Positions 34,733 to 44,733 of a stretch of 64,000 nucleotides of DNA are shown piece by piece. The notes beneath the pieces are model-generated. The model saw only the letters and a program-made list of their open reading frames with translations, did not search any database and had not been told where the DNA came from. Each line of letters opens with the position of its first letter. Position 1 is the stretch's first letter. The DNA is taken from the NCBI RefSeq assembly GCF_055900595.2, contig NZ_CM148325.1. The stretch is one strand, 5' to 3'. Both the position numbers and the translations under genes were made by a program.

Positions 34733-37409
34733 CGAACCCTTACGTCCCGACCCCGATCGTCTGCTGGAACAAACTGCCGCGCCGCATCGGGGGAAGCTGA
34801 AAGTTTTTTTCGGTGCCTGTGCAGGCGTCGGGAAGACCTGGGCGATGCTGGCAGAAGCCCAACGACTGCGGGCGCAAGGGCTGGATATTGTGGTTGGCGT
34901 GGTTGAAACTCACGGACGGAAAGATACCGCCGCAATGCTGGAAGGGCTGGCTGTTCTGCCGCTAAAACGCCAGGCGTACCGTGGGCGGCATATCAGCGAG
35001 TTTGATCTCGATGCCGCCCTCGCCCGCCGTCCGGCGCTGATCTTAATGGACGAACTGGCGCACAGTAATGCGCCAGGTTCTCGTCATCCTAAACGCTGGC
35101 AGGACATTGAAGAGCTGCTGGAAGCAGGCATTGATGTTTTCACTACCGTCAACGTTCAGCATCTGGAAAGTCTGAATGATGTGGTCAGTGGCGTCACCGG
35201 AATTCAGGTGCGGGAAACCGTGCCCGATCCCTTTTTTGATGCTGCCGACGACGTAGTGCTGGTGGACTTGCCCCCGGACGATCTGCGTCAACGGCTGAAA
35301 GAAGGCAAAGTCTATATTGCCGGGCAGGCGGAGCGCGCCATTGAACATTTTTTCCGCAAAGGCAATCTGATCGCCCTGCGCGAACTGGCACTGCGCCGTA
35401 CTGCCGATCGCGTAGATGAGCAAATGCGCGCCTGGCGGGGGCATCCTGGCGAAGAGAAAGTCTGGCACACGCGCGACGCGATCCTTTTATGCATCGGGCA
35501 TAACATCGGTAGTGAGAAACTGGTCCGCGCGGCGGCGCGGCTGGCGTCACGGCTGGGTAGCGTCTGGCACGCGGTGTATGTTGAAACCCCTGCCCTGCAT
35601 CGCTTACCGGAGAAAAAACGTCGGGCAATTCTCAGCGCCTTACGTCTGGCGCAGGAGCTGGGCGCGGAGACAGCAACACTTTCTGATCCGGCGGAAGAAA
35701 AAGCCGTAGTGCGTTATGCCCGTGAACATAATCTCGGCAAGATTATTCTCGGTCGCCCGGCCTCACGCCGCTGGTGGCGTCGGGAAACTTTTGCTGACCG
35801 ACTGGCGCGCATCGCCCCCGATCTCGATCAGGTGCTGGTCGCGCTTGATGAACCACCCGCCCGCACGATTAACAACGCGCCGGATAGCCGCTCTTTTAAA
35901 GACAAGTGGCGGGTACAAATTCAGGGATGCGTGGTTGCCGCCGCGTTATGCGCCGTTATCACCTTAATTGCCATGCAATGGCTGATGGCGTTTGATGCCG
36001 CCAACCTGGTGATGCTGTATCTGCTTGGCGTGGTGGTAGTGGCACTGTTTTATGGACGCTGGCCTTCGGTGCTTGCTACCGTCATTAATGTGGTGAGTTT
36101 CGATCTCTTTTTTATCGCCCCACGCGGCACGCTCGCCGTCTCTGATGTGCAGTATCTGCTGACTTTCGCGGTGATGTTAACCGTCGGGCTGGTGATCGGG
36201 AATCTTACTGCTGGCGTACGTTATCAGGCGCGGGTAGCCCGTTACCGCGAGCAACGCACACGACACTTATATGAAATGTCGAAAGCTCTGGCTGTGGGCC
36301 GCAGTCCGCAGGACATCGCCGCCACCAGCGAACAATTTATTGCTTCTACATTTCATGCCCGCAGCCAGGTGTTGTTGCCCGATGACAAAGGTAAATTACA
36401 GCCGTTAACACATCCGCAAGGAATGACGCCGTGGGAAGATGCCATCGCGCAGTGGAGTTTTGATAAAGGCCTGCCTGCGGGCGCGGGCACCGACACGTTA
36501 CCCGGTGTGCCATACCAGATTTTGCCGTTAAAAAGCGGCGAGAAAACCTACGGACTGGTGGTGGTGGAACCGGGGAATCTGCGCCAGTTGATGATCCCGG
36601 AACAGCAACGCCTGCTGGAGACGTTTACGTTGTTAGTCGCCAATGCCCTGGAACGCCTGACGCTGACCGCCAGCGAAGAACAGGCGCGGATGGCAAGCGA
36701 ACGTGAACAGATCCGCAACGCCCTGCTGGCGGCGCTTTCGCACGATTTACGCACGCCGCTTACGGTGCTGTTCGGTCAGGCAGAAATCTTAACGCTCGAT
36801 CTGGCAAGCGAAGGATCGCCCCACGCCCACCAGGCCAGCGAGATTCGTCAGCATGTGCTGAACACGACCCGACTGGTGAATAATCTACTGGATATGGCGC
36901 GAATTCAGTCCGGCGGCTTTAATTTGAAGAAAGAGTGGTTAACGCTGGAAGAAGTGGTCGGCAGCGCGCTGCAAATGCTGGAACCGGGTTTATCGTCGCC
37001 CATCAATCTTTCTCTGCCAGAACCGCTGACCTTAATCCACGTTGACGGGCCACTCTTTGAACGGGTGCTGATTAATCTGCTGGAGAACGCGGTGAAATAC
37101 GCGGGTGCACAGGCCGAAATTGGTATCGATGCCCACGTTGAGGGCGAAAATCTACAACTGGATGTCTGGGATAACGGCCCCGGTCTTCCGCCAGGCCAGG
37201 AGCAGACGATATTCGATAAGTTTGCCCGCGGGAATAAAGAGTCGGCGGTGCCGGGCGTCGGGCTTGGGCTGGCAATTTGTCGGGCGATTGTGGATGTACA
37301 CGGCGGCACCATTACCGCGTTCAACCGACCGGAAGGTGGTGCCTGTTTTCGTGTTACACTTCCCCAGCAAACTGCCCCTGAACTTGAAGAATTTCATGAG
37401 GATATGTGA
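34725..37409 (+). CDS. kdpD: sensor histidine kinase KdpD
   Basis: 894 aa from [14 protein letters not shown]; KdpD N-terminal domain, four TM helices, HisKA (SHDLRTPL) and HATPase domains; overlaps kdpC by 8 nt. Confidence 0.96.
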   Translation: MNNEPLRPDPDRLLEQTAAPHRGKLKVFFGACAGVGKTWAMLAEAQRLRAQGLDIVVGVVETHGRKDTAAMLEGLAVLPLKRQAYRGRHISEFDLDAALARRPALILMDELAHSNAPGSRHPKRWQDIEELLEAGIDVFTTVNVQHLESLNDVVSGVTGIQVRETVPDPFFDAADDVVLVDLPPDDLRQRLKEGKVYIAGQAERAIEHFFRKGNLIALRELALRRTADRVDEQMRAWRGHPGEEKVWHTRDAILLCIGHNIGSEKLVRAAARLASRLGSVWHAVYVETPALHRLPEKKRRAILSALRLAQELGAETATLSDPAEEKAVVRYAREHNLGKIILGRPASRRWWRRETFADRLARIAPDLDQVLVALDEPPARTINNAPDSRSFKDKWRVQIQGCVVAAALCAVITLIAMQWLMAFDAANLVMLYLLGVVVVALFYGRWPSVLATVINVVSFDLFFIAPRGTLAVSDVQYLLTFAVMLTVGLVIGNLTAGVRYQARVARYREQRTRHLYEMSKALAVGRSPQDIAATSEQFIASTFHARSQVLLPDDKGKLQPLTHPQGMTPWEDAIAQWSFDKGLPAGAGTDTLPGVPYQILPLKSGEKTYGLVVVEPGNLRQLMIPEQQRLLETFTLLVANALERLTLTASEEQARMASEREQIRNALLAALSHDLRTPLTVLFGQAEILTLDLASEGSPHAHQASEIRQHVLNTTRLVNNLLDMARIQSGGFNLKKEWLTLEEVVGSALQMLEPGLSSPINLSLPEPLTLIHVDGPLFERVLINLLENAVKYAGAQAEIGIDAHVEGENLQLDVWDNGPGLPPGQEQTIFDKFARGNKESAVPGVGLGLAICRAIVDVHGGTITAFNRPEGGACFRVTLPQQTAPELEEFHEDM

Positions 37410-38083
37410 CAAACGTTCTGATTGTTGAAGATGAACAGGCTATTCGTCGCTTTCTGCGCACGGCGCTGGAGGGTGACGGTATGCGCGTTTTTGAAGCCGA
37501 AACGCTGCAACGGGGGCTGCTGGAAGCGGCAACTCGTAAGCCAGATTTGATTATTCTCGATCTCGGCCTGCCAGACGGTGATGGGATTGAGTTTATCCGC
37601 GACCTGCGCCAGTGGAGCGCGGTGCCGGTGATTGTGCTTTCCGCACGTAGCGAAGAGAGCGACAAAATCGCCGCGCTGGATGCTGGAGCGGATGATTACC
37701 TGAGTAAGCCGTTTGGCATTGGTGAATTGCAGGCCCGTCTGCGCGTTGCTTTACGCCGCCACTCTGCTACCACCGCGCCCGATCCGCGGGTGAAATTTTC
37801 TGATGTTACCGTCGATTTAGCCGCCCGCGTGATTCACCGCAGTGAGGAAGAGGTGCATCTCACCCCGATTGAATTCCGCCTGCTGGCGGTGCTGCTCAAC
37901 AATGCCGGAAAAGTGCTCACCCAGCGCCAGTTACTCATTCAGGTGTGGGGACCAAACGCGGTCGAACACAGCCATTATTTGCGTATTTATATGGGGCATC
38001 TGCGACAAAAACTGGAGCAAGATCCCGCCCGCCCTCGCCATTTTATTACTGAAACCGGTATTGGGTATCGGTTTATGCCATGA
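37406..38083 (+). CDS. kdpE: response regulator KdpE (OmpR family)
   Basis: 225 aa, receiver domain with IILDLGLPDGDG and winged-helix C-terminus; GTG start overlaps the kdpD stop. Confidence 0.95.
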   Translation: MTNVLIVEDEQAIRRFLRTALEGDGMRVFEAETLQRGLLEAATRKPDLIILDLGLPDGDGIEFIRDLRQWSAVPVIVLSARSEESDKIAALDAGADDYLSKPFGIGELQARLRVALRRHSATTAPDPRVKFSDVTVDLAARVIHRSEEEVHLTPIEFRLLAVLLNNAGKVLTQRQLLIQVWGPNAVEHSHYLRIYMGHLRQKLEQDPARPRHFITETGIGYRFMP

Positions 38084-38357
38084 ATTATTATTCAATAAAT
38101 ACGCTTAACTAATTATTAATTTATTATTAAACCTGCCCCGAAAATTATTATTTGGCAGGTTTAATTTCTTAATGAAAATATAACCTACGAAATTGCAACA
38201 TTTAAACAACAAAACAGCATCTAATATGGCGCTATTCATAATTAACGATTTATTATTTGGGGTGTGATCGTTTTTTGTTGATCTTCTTCACAGTTTATAG
38301 CCTTTTCATGGATAGAATAACTCTACCTTCAACTGACACAGCAAAAGGTAAAGGTAA

Positions 38358-38462
38358 ATGGAAAATAATAACCGCTTAATGCCTCATATAAGGCGGACAA
38401 CCCATATCATGAAGTTTGCCCATCGTAATAGTTTTGACTTTCATTTCTTTAATGCCCGTTAG
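38358..38462 (+). CDS. speFL: speF leader arrest peptide (ornithine sensor)
   Basis: 34-codon ORF MENNNRLMPHIRRTTHIMKFAHRNSFDFHFFNAR about 310 bp upstream of speF, closely matching the known SpeFL peptide. Confidence 0.8.
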   Translation: MENNNRLMPHIRRTTHIMKFAHRNSFDFHFFNAR

Positions 38463-38772
38463 TCTTCTGACTAAAGGGCACCCCAGCGTACAGGTCTCCC
38501 TGACTTTAAGCATTACAGGTTAATACCTGTATCCCTCGGTGCTCATATACTGCTAACCCTTTTAAACTCTAAATAATTCAAGTCGCAGCACTAGCAACTT
38601 GAAGTATGACGAGTATAGCCAGTTACCGGGCTGGTCTGGGTTATTGCATCTGCAAAAAGCAAACTACTGATTTATTTATCAGCGGTGGAGTTTTGCTTTT
38701 TTTCCGGCGTGATCGATTTCTCCTCTGAGAAATTGAGGACCTGCTATTACCTGAAATAAAGAGATGAACAAA

Positions 38773-40971
38773 ATGTCAGAATTAAAAATTGCCGTTAGTC
38801 GTTCTTGCCCGGATTGTTTTTCCACTCATCGTGCATGCGTGAATATTGACGAAAGTAATTATATTGACGTTGCCGCCATTATTTTATCAGTCAATGATGT
38901 TGAACGTGGAAAACTCGATGAAATAGACGCTACTGGCTATGGCATTCCTGTTTTTATTGCAACGGAAAATGAAGAACGTGTACCAGCAGAATATCTGCCA
39001 CGTATTACTGGTGTCTTCGAGCATTGTGAATCACGGAAAGAATTTTACGGACGTCAGTTAGAAACCGCTGCCAGCCATTATGAAACGCAGTTGCGCCCGC
39101 CCTTCTTCCGCGCACTGGTCGATTATGTCAATCAGGGCAATAGCGCTTTTGACTGCCCGGGTCATCAGGGGGGTGAGTTTTTCCGTCGCCATCCGGCAGG
39201 CAATCAGTTCGTGGAATATTTTGGTGAAATGCTCTTCCGCTCCGACTTGTGTAATGCCGACGTAGCAATGGGCGATCTACTGATTCATGAAGGTGCGCCA
39301 TGCATTGCACAGCAACATGCGGCTAAAGTGTTTAATGCCGATAAAACGTACTTTGTTTTAAACGGCACCTCCTCTTCCAACAAAGTGGTTTTAAACGCCC
39401 TGCTAACACCGGGTGATCTGGTGCTGTTTGACCGCAATAACCATAAGTCTAACCACCACGGGGCCTTGCTACAGGCTGGTGCAACACCGGTTTATCTGGA
39501 AACAGCACGTAACCCGTATGGTTTTATCGGTGGTATTGATGCGCACTGCTTCGAAGAAAGTTATCTGCGTGAACTGATTAGAGAAGTTGCACCGCAACGG
39601 GCAAAAGAGGCGCGTCCGTTCCGCCTCGCTGTGATTCAGTTAGGCACCTACGACGGTACTATTTATAACGCCCGCCAGGTGGTGGATAAAATCGGTCATC
39701 TGTGTGACTACATCCTGTTTGACTCAGCATGGGTCGGCTATGAACAGTTTATTCCGATGATGGCGGACTGTTCGCCGCTGCTACTGGAGCTTAATGAGAA
39801 CGATCCGGGTATTCTGGTTACGCAATCTGTACATAAGCAGCAGGCTGGTTTTTCTCAGACTTCACAAATTCATAAAAAAGACAGCCATATCAAAGGGCAA
39901 CAGCGTTATGTCCCGCACAAACGCATGAACAACGCCTTTATGATGCACGCCTCCACCAGCCCGTTCTATCCGCTGTTTGCCGCACTGGATATTAACGCCA
40001 AAATGCATGAAGGTGTCAGCGGTCGTAATATGTGGATGGATTGTGTGGTTAACGGTATTAATGCCCGCAAATTGATCCTCGATAACTGTCAGCACATTCG
40101 TCCGTTCGTTCCTGAACTGGTGGATGGTAAACCCTGGCAATCGTATGAAACAGCGCAAATTGCGGTTGATCTGCGCTTCTTTAAATTTGTACCCGGTGAG
40201 CACTGGCATTCTTTTGAAGGTTACGCAGAGAACCAATACTTTGTCGATCCGTGCAAACTGTTGCTGACAACTCCTGGCATTGATGCACGTAACGGCGAAT
40301 ATGAAGCATTCGGTGTACCCGCGACGATTCTTGCTAACTTCCTGCGCGAAAATGGCGTAGTGCCGGAAAAATGCGATCTTAACTCCATCCTCTTCCTGCT
40401 GACTCCGGCAGAAGATATGGCCAAACTGCAGCAACTTGTTGCCCTGCTGGTACGCTTCGAAAAACTACTGGAAGCTGATGCGCCTCTGGCGGAAGTATTG
40501 CCTTCCATCTACAAACAGCATGAAGAGCGCTACGCCGGTTATACCCTGCGTCAGTTGTGCCAGGAAATGCATGATTTGTATGCCCGTCACAACGTGAAAC
40601 AACTGCAAAAAGAGATGTTCCGTAAGGAACACTTCCCACGCGTCAGCATGAATCCACAGGAAGCCAACTATGCCTACTTACGCGGTGAAGTGGAATTGGT
40701 TCGTCTGCCGGATGCAGAAGGCCGTATCGCAGCCGAAGGTGCGCTTCCTTATCCTCCGGGTGTGCTGTGTGTTGTTCCGGGTGAAATCTGGGGTGGTGCT
40801 GTTCTGCATTACTTCAGCGCTCTGGAAGAAGGGATCAACCTGCTGCCAGGTTTTGCACCGGAGCTGCAGGGTGTCTATATCGAAGAACATGATGGTCGTA
40901 AGCAAGTTTGGTGCTATGTCATCAAGCCTCGTGATGCGCAAAGCACCCTGTTGAAAGGGGAAAAATTATGA
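38773..40971 (+). CDS. speF: inducible ornithine decarboxylase
   Basis: 732 aa from MSELKIAVS; Orn/Lys/Arg decarboxylase major domain. Confidence 0.96.
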   Translation: MSELKIAVSRSCPDCFSTHRACVNIDESNYIDVAAIILSVNDVERGKLDEIDATGYGIPVFIATENEERVPAEYLPRITGVFEHCESRKEFYGRQLETAASHYETQLRPPFFRALVDYVNQGNSAFDCPGHQGGEFFRRHPAGNQFVEYFGEMLFRSDLCNADVAMGDLLIHEGAPCIAQQHAAKVFNADKTYFVLNGTSSSNKVVLNALLTPGDLVLFDRNNHKSNHHGALLQAGATPVYLETARNPYGFIGGIDAHCFEESYLRELIREVAPQRAKEARPFRLAVIQLGTYDGTIYNARQVVDKIGHLCDYILFDSAWVGYEQFIPMMADCSPLLLELNENDPGILVTQSVHKQQAGFSQTSQIHKKDSHIKGQQRYVPHKRMNNAFMMHASTSPFYPLFAALDINAKMHEGVSGRNMWMDCVVNGINARKLILDNCQHIRPFVPELVDGKPWQSYETAQIAVDLRFFKFVPGEHWHSFEGYAENQYFVDPCKLLLTTPGIDARNGEYEAFGVPATILANFLRENGVVPEKCDLNSILFLLTPAEDMAKLQQLVALLVRFEKLLEADAPLAEVLPSIYKQHEERYAGYTLRQLCQEMHDLYARHNVKQLQKEMFRKEHFPRVSMNPQEANYAYLRGEVELVRLPDAEGRIAAEGALPYPPGVLCVVPGEIWGGAVLHYFSALEEGINLLPGFAPELQGVYIEEHDGRKQVWCYVIKPRDAQSTLLKGEKL

Positions 40972-42287
40972 GTCAGGCTAAATCGAACAAAATGGGCGTC
41001 GTTCAGTTAACCATACTGACGATGGTCAACATGATGGGCTCCGGCATCATCATGCTGCCGACAAAGCTTGCCGAAGTTGGGACAATCTCAATAATCTCCT
41101 GGTTGGTGACAGCCGTAGGCTCAATGGCGCTGGCATGGGCATTCGCAAAATGCGGTATGTTCAGCCGTAAATCAGGCGGTATGGGCGGTTATGCCGAGTA
41201 TGCTTTCGGTAAATCCGGTAACTTTATGGCGAACTATACCTACGGCGTCTCGCTGCTGATTGCTAACGTGGCGATTGCTATTTCGGCAGTTGGTTACGGC
41301 ACCGAACTGCTCGGCGCGAGTTTGTCACCAGTGCAGATTGGTCTGGCAACCATCGGAGTGCTGTGGATTTGTACCGTGGCTAACTTTGGTGGTGCGCGCA
41401 TTACCGGGCAAATCAGTAGCATTACCGTGTGGGGGGTCATTATTCCGGTGGTAGGCCTGTGCGTTATCGGCTGGTTCTGGTTTAGCCCGACACTTTACGT
41501 TGATTCCTGGAATCCGCATCATGCACCGTTCTTCAGTGCGGTAGGTTCTTCCATCGCCATGACGCTGTGGGCTTTTCTTGGTCTGGAGTCTGCGTGTGCG
41601 AATACTGATGTAGTGGAAAACCCGGAACGTAATGTGCCAATCGCGGTACTCGGCGGTACGTTAGGTGCGGCGGTGATTTATATCGTCTCCACCAACGTGA
41701 TTGCCGGGATTGTGCCCAATATGGAGCTGGCAAATTCAACGGCACCATTTGGTCTGGCCTTCGCGCAAATGTTCACACCGGAAGTGGGTAAAGTCATTAT
41801 GGCGCTGATGGTGATGTCCTGCTGCGGTTCACTGCTTGGCTGGCAGTTCACCATTGCCCAGGTGTTTAAATCTTCATCTGATGAAGGCTACTTCCCTAAA
41901 ATTTTCTCCCGTGTAACCAAAGTGGATGCACCGGTTCAGGGGATGTTGACCATTGTGATTATTCAGAGTGGATTGGCACTGATGACCATTAGCCCGTCAC
42001 TGAACAGCCAGTTCAACGTGCTGGTTAACCTGGCCGTGGTGACCAATATCATCCCATATATTCTGTCGATGGCGGCATTAGTCATTATTCAGAAGGTCGC
42101 CAATGTGCCACCATCAAAAGCGAAAGTAGCAAACTTTGTTGCCTTTGTTGGTGCGATGTACAGTTTCTATGCGCTGTACTCATCCGGGGAAGAAGCCATG
42201 CTGTACGGTTCCATCGTGACTTTCCTTGGTTGGACACTGTATGGTCTGGTATCACCACGCTTTGAACTGAAAAACAAACACGGTTAA
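40968..42287 (+). CDS. potE: putrescine:ornithine antiporter (APC family)
   Basis: 439 aa, 12 TM; overlaps the speF stop. Confidence 0.96.
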   Translation: MSQAKSNKMGVVQLTILTMVNMMGSGIIMLPTKLAEVGTISIISWLVTAVGSMALAWAFAKCGMFSRKSGGMGGYAEYAFGKSGNFMANYTYGVSLLIANVAIAISAVGYGTELLGASLSPVQIGLATIGVLWICTVANFGGARITGQISSITVWGVIIPVVGLCVIGWFWFSPTLYVDSWNPHHAPFFSAVGSSIAMTLWAFLGLESACANTDVVENPERNVPIAVLGGTLGAAVIYIVSTNVIAGIVPNMELANSTAPFGLAFAQMFTPEVGKVIMALMVMSCCGSLLGWQFTIAQVFKSSSDEGYFPKIFSRVTKVDAPVQGMLTIVIIQSGLALMTISPSLNSQFNVLVNLAVVTNIIPYILSMAALVIIQKVANVPPSKAKVANFVAFVGAMYSFYALYSSGEEAMLYGSIVTFLGWTLYGLVSPRFELKNKHG

Positions 42288-42306
42288 AAAAAGCGAAATA
42301 AATATC

Positions 42307-42330
42307 CTCCGGCATAGCCGGAGGTTTTTC
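42307..42330 (+). terminator. potE intrinsic terminator
   Basis: Hairpin CCTCCGGC-ATA-GCCGGAGG followed by TTTTT. Confidence 0.85.
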
Positions 42331-42332
42331 AA

Positions 42333-43040
42333 ATGCGCCTGTAAGGCTCTGTTACCAGCCGCGCCCTAACAGGCGCATACGATCTGACATTTGCATTCAA
42401 CTTCGTTACTTACGGCCCGTAAACGGGCTGCCCGGATATGGAATCGATAACTGCTCCCCCATTTTATCCTCTTCAAGCTGGTGCTTTATGTAGTCCTGTA
42501 TCTTCGCCGTGTTCTTACCCACCGTATCGACATAGTACCCTCGGCACCAGAACTCCCTGTTTCTGTATTTGAATTTCAAATCCCCAAACTGCTCGTAAAG
42601 CATCAGACTGCTTTTCCCTTTCAGATATCCCATAAAGCCGGATACGCTCATTTTGGGTGGGATTTCCACAAGCATATGGATATGATCTGCGCAGCACTCT
42701 GCTTCCAGAATCCGTACGCTTTTCCACTCACACAGCTTTCTCAAAATACTGCCTATCGCCCTACGCTTCTCTCCGTAAAACGCCAGTCTTCGGTATTTCG
42801 GCGCAAAAACTATGTGATATTTACAGTTCCAGCGGGTGTGCGCTAAGCTCTTTTCGTCCCCCATTGGGACCCCCTTTTGATTTCTTGTTTGACACTTGCA
42901 GTTGCCAGACCGCAAGGTGTTTTAACAAATCAAAAGGGGTTTTAATAACTGGCTCAAAGCTGAAAGCTTTCCGGAACCCCCAGCCTAGCTGGGGGTTTTC
43001 TGTGCACAAAAAAAGGGCGATTGAATGATCGCCCTTTCTG
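42333..43040 (-). mobile_element. IS200-like insertion sequence (IS200/IS605 family); boundaries approximate
   Basis: Contains a 152-aa Y1 HUH transposase gene; structured ends without long terminal inverted repeats (GC hairpin AGGGCGAT...ATCGCCCT with a U-run near one end, perfect 10-bp inverted repeat ATGCGCCTGT/ACAGGCGCAT near the other); inferred length about 708 bp. Confidence 0.65.
42406..42864 (-). CDS. tnpA: IS200-type transposase TnpA (Y1 HUH)
   Basis: 152 aa from MGDEKSLAHTRWNCKYHIVFAPKYRR...ADHIHMLVEIPPKMSVS; HUH motif HIHMLV and a conserved Tyr region. Confidence 0.88.
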   Translation of the reverse strand: MGDEKSLAHTRWNCKYHIVFAPKYRRLAFYGEKRRAIGSILRKLCEWKSVRILEAECCADHIHMLVEIPPKMSVSGFMGYLKGKSSLMLYEQFGDLKFKYRNREFWCRGYYVDTVGKNTAKIQDYIKHQLEEDKMGEQLSIPYPGSPFTGRK

Positions 43041-43078
43041 TTTGTTGACAAAGAGTTCGTTATTTATGCCGCATCCGG

Positions 43079-43221
43079 CAGGTGTAGGATCCAAACGCGG
43101 TCGAACACAGCAACTATTTGCGTAATTATATGAGGCATTTGCGACAAAAACTGGAACAGGATCACGTCCGCCCCGCCATTTCATTACTGAAACCGGTATT
43201 GGGTATCGGTTTATGCTTTGA
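43079..43221 (+). pseudogene. degenerate duplicate of the kdpE 3' end
   Basis: About 140 bp at roughly 85-90% identity to kdpE 37950-38083, with several substitutions and a 1-nt indel that breaks the frame. Confidence 0.7.
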
Positions 43222-43344
43222 AAAAAGTGGCAATGTATGGATAAAGTCATTTTTTATTCAAATATAAGGAACTTAATATTTAAAAAATGTCCCATACAAT
43301 GCCTCATCATAAATGACACCGTAGCACACAAGGAGCAAGTAGCG

Positions 43345-43995
43345 ATGCGTGAAGTGAGTCAGTTAGTAAATACTGAAGATTCAGCCTGGACAATAATCCA
43401 GAATTGGTTAAAAGAAGCCACAAACCATGCCGAACTCTTACCGGTTAATAAAGATTTAGCCGAAACCGCACTTTATCAATTACAGGTTACAACAAAATCA
43501 CCGATGGGTGCGCTTGTCTATGGCTCCGGAGGTCTGCTGATTGATAACGGTTGGTTACGCATATCAGGCTCTGGTCACCCCCGGTTACCACGAGATCCAG
43601 CAAGTTGGACACAACGCCCTGAATTCGCAAGCGTGCGGGCTTTACCCATCGCCGATGATGTCGCAGGGGGAATTTTTGCTCTTAATGGTGGCGATCTTGG
43701 GGAAGATACTGGCTGCGTTTATTATTTTGCGCCAGATACGCTGAATTGGGAAAGTCTGGAGGTTGGATATTCTGAGTTTCTTCAGTGGGCATTATCCGGT
43801 GATTTAGATACCTTCTATGAAAATGTACGCTGGCCGCAATGGCAAGAAGACGTAATAAAATTATCGGCAACGGAAGCCTTCACTTTCTACCCTTTCTTAT
43901 GGGTACAAAGTGAAGAAGCAAGAACAAGAAAAGTTATTTCGCTTACTGAACTCTGGGAAATGCAGTATCAAATGAAAGAAACAATCACGCAATAA
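43345..43995 (+). CDS. conserved hypothetical protein (positionally the ybfG locus)
   Basis: 216 aa from MREVSQLVNTEDSAWTIIQNWLKEATNH, with a strong AAGGAG SD 9 nt upstream; the longer ORF from 43237 lacks an RBS; family not verified. Confidence 0.6.
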   Translation: MREVSQLVNTEDSAWTIIQNWLKEATNHAELLPVNKDLAETALYQLQVTTKSPMGALVYGSGGLLIDNGWLRISGSGHPRLPRDPASWTQRPEFASVRALPIADDVAGGIFALNGGDLGEDTGCVYYFAPDTLNWESLEVGYSEFLQWALSGDLDTFYENVRWPQWQEDVIKLSATEAFTFYPFLWVQSEEARTRKVISLTELWEMQYQMKETITQ

Positions 43996-44035
43996 GACAT
44001 GTTCAGGTCCGGGTTTCATTCCCGGACTCGCTATT

Positions 44036-44530
44036 TTAATGTGTGTTTATCGCTTTCAATTCTTGCTGGCAATTTTCTGACTGACAGCGTCGCAACTCAA
44101 TAATCCCGACATGCATCATCGAGCCAAAAAATCCGCTTTCGCTGACATAATCCTCATTAACTATCGGTCGAGTGCCGGGCTTACCCTGGCAAATCCCCAT
44201 AAAAAATGAGGTGTAGCATTGCCATTCAGGATTTAAACCGGTCTTTTCTTGTGCTGACATATCATGAAGATAAGTAAGTTCTTTTTCGTTCCCGCCTGAC
44301 AACTGCCAGCGGCGGGTATTATCAGGTAAGTTATCGCCACGGCAATTTGTCTTACACCGGGAAGGCGCAATATTTACCGCAATGCTACCCGTTAATCCTC
44401 TGGTTTTATCTTTAGGGGTCAGTAACCAGTCACCAGCTAATGATGATTGTTCAGGTTGGGCGCATGCTGTCAGCAGTAGTGTGGCGGTAATTAATGCCAC
44501 TCTGACGACCAGACTCCTTTTGGTCTTCAT
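44036..44530 (-). CDS. ybfP: lipoprotein YbfP
   Basis: 164 aa from MKTKRSLVVRVALITATLLLTAC, with lipobox LLTAC. Confidence 0.8.
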   Translation of the reverse strand: MKTKRSLVVRVALITATLLLTACAQPEQSSLAGDWLLTPKDKTRGLTGSIAVNIAPSRCKTNCRGDNLPDNTRRWQLSGGNEKELTYLHDMSAQEKTGLNPEWQCYTSFFMGICQGKPGTRPIVNEDYVSESGFFGSMMHVGIIELRRCQSENCQQELKAINTH

Positions 44531-44581
44531 TTTGAATTCCCTTGAGCTATTCAGTTTGTTGGCAAAGTACTCGTTGTTCAT

Positions 44582-44679
44582 GCCGGATGCGGCGTGAACG
44601 CCTTATCCGTCCTACAAAATAGTGCAAATTCAATATATTGCACCATCCTCGTAGGCCTGATGAACGTAGCGTATCAGGC
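44582..44679. repeat. REP/BIME pair
   Basis: GCCGGATGCGGCGTGAACGCCTTATCCGTCCTAC and GTAGGCCTGATGAACGTAGCGTATCAGGC. Confidence 0.75.
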
Positions 44680-44689
44680 TATCATAAGT

Positions 44690-44719
44690 AAAAAGGGCGA
44701 TCTTCCGACCGCCCTTTTT
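44690..44719. terminator. bidirectional intrinsic terminator downstream of pgm
   Basis: Hairpin GGGCG-ATCTTCCGAC-CGCCC flanked by an A-run and a T-run. Confidence 0.7.
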
Positions 44720-44733
44720 CTTATTTAATGTGT

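Noticed and set aside
43237-43344. Upstream extension of the ybfG-locus ORF (MDKVIFYSNIRNLIFKK...)
   Set aside because: No RBS, AT-rich, and overlaps the region just after the kdpE-like fragment; the internal ATG at 43345 has a strong AAGGAG SD.
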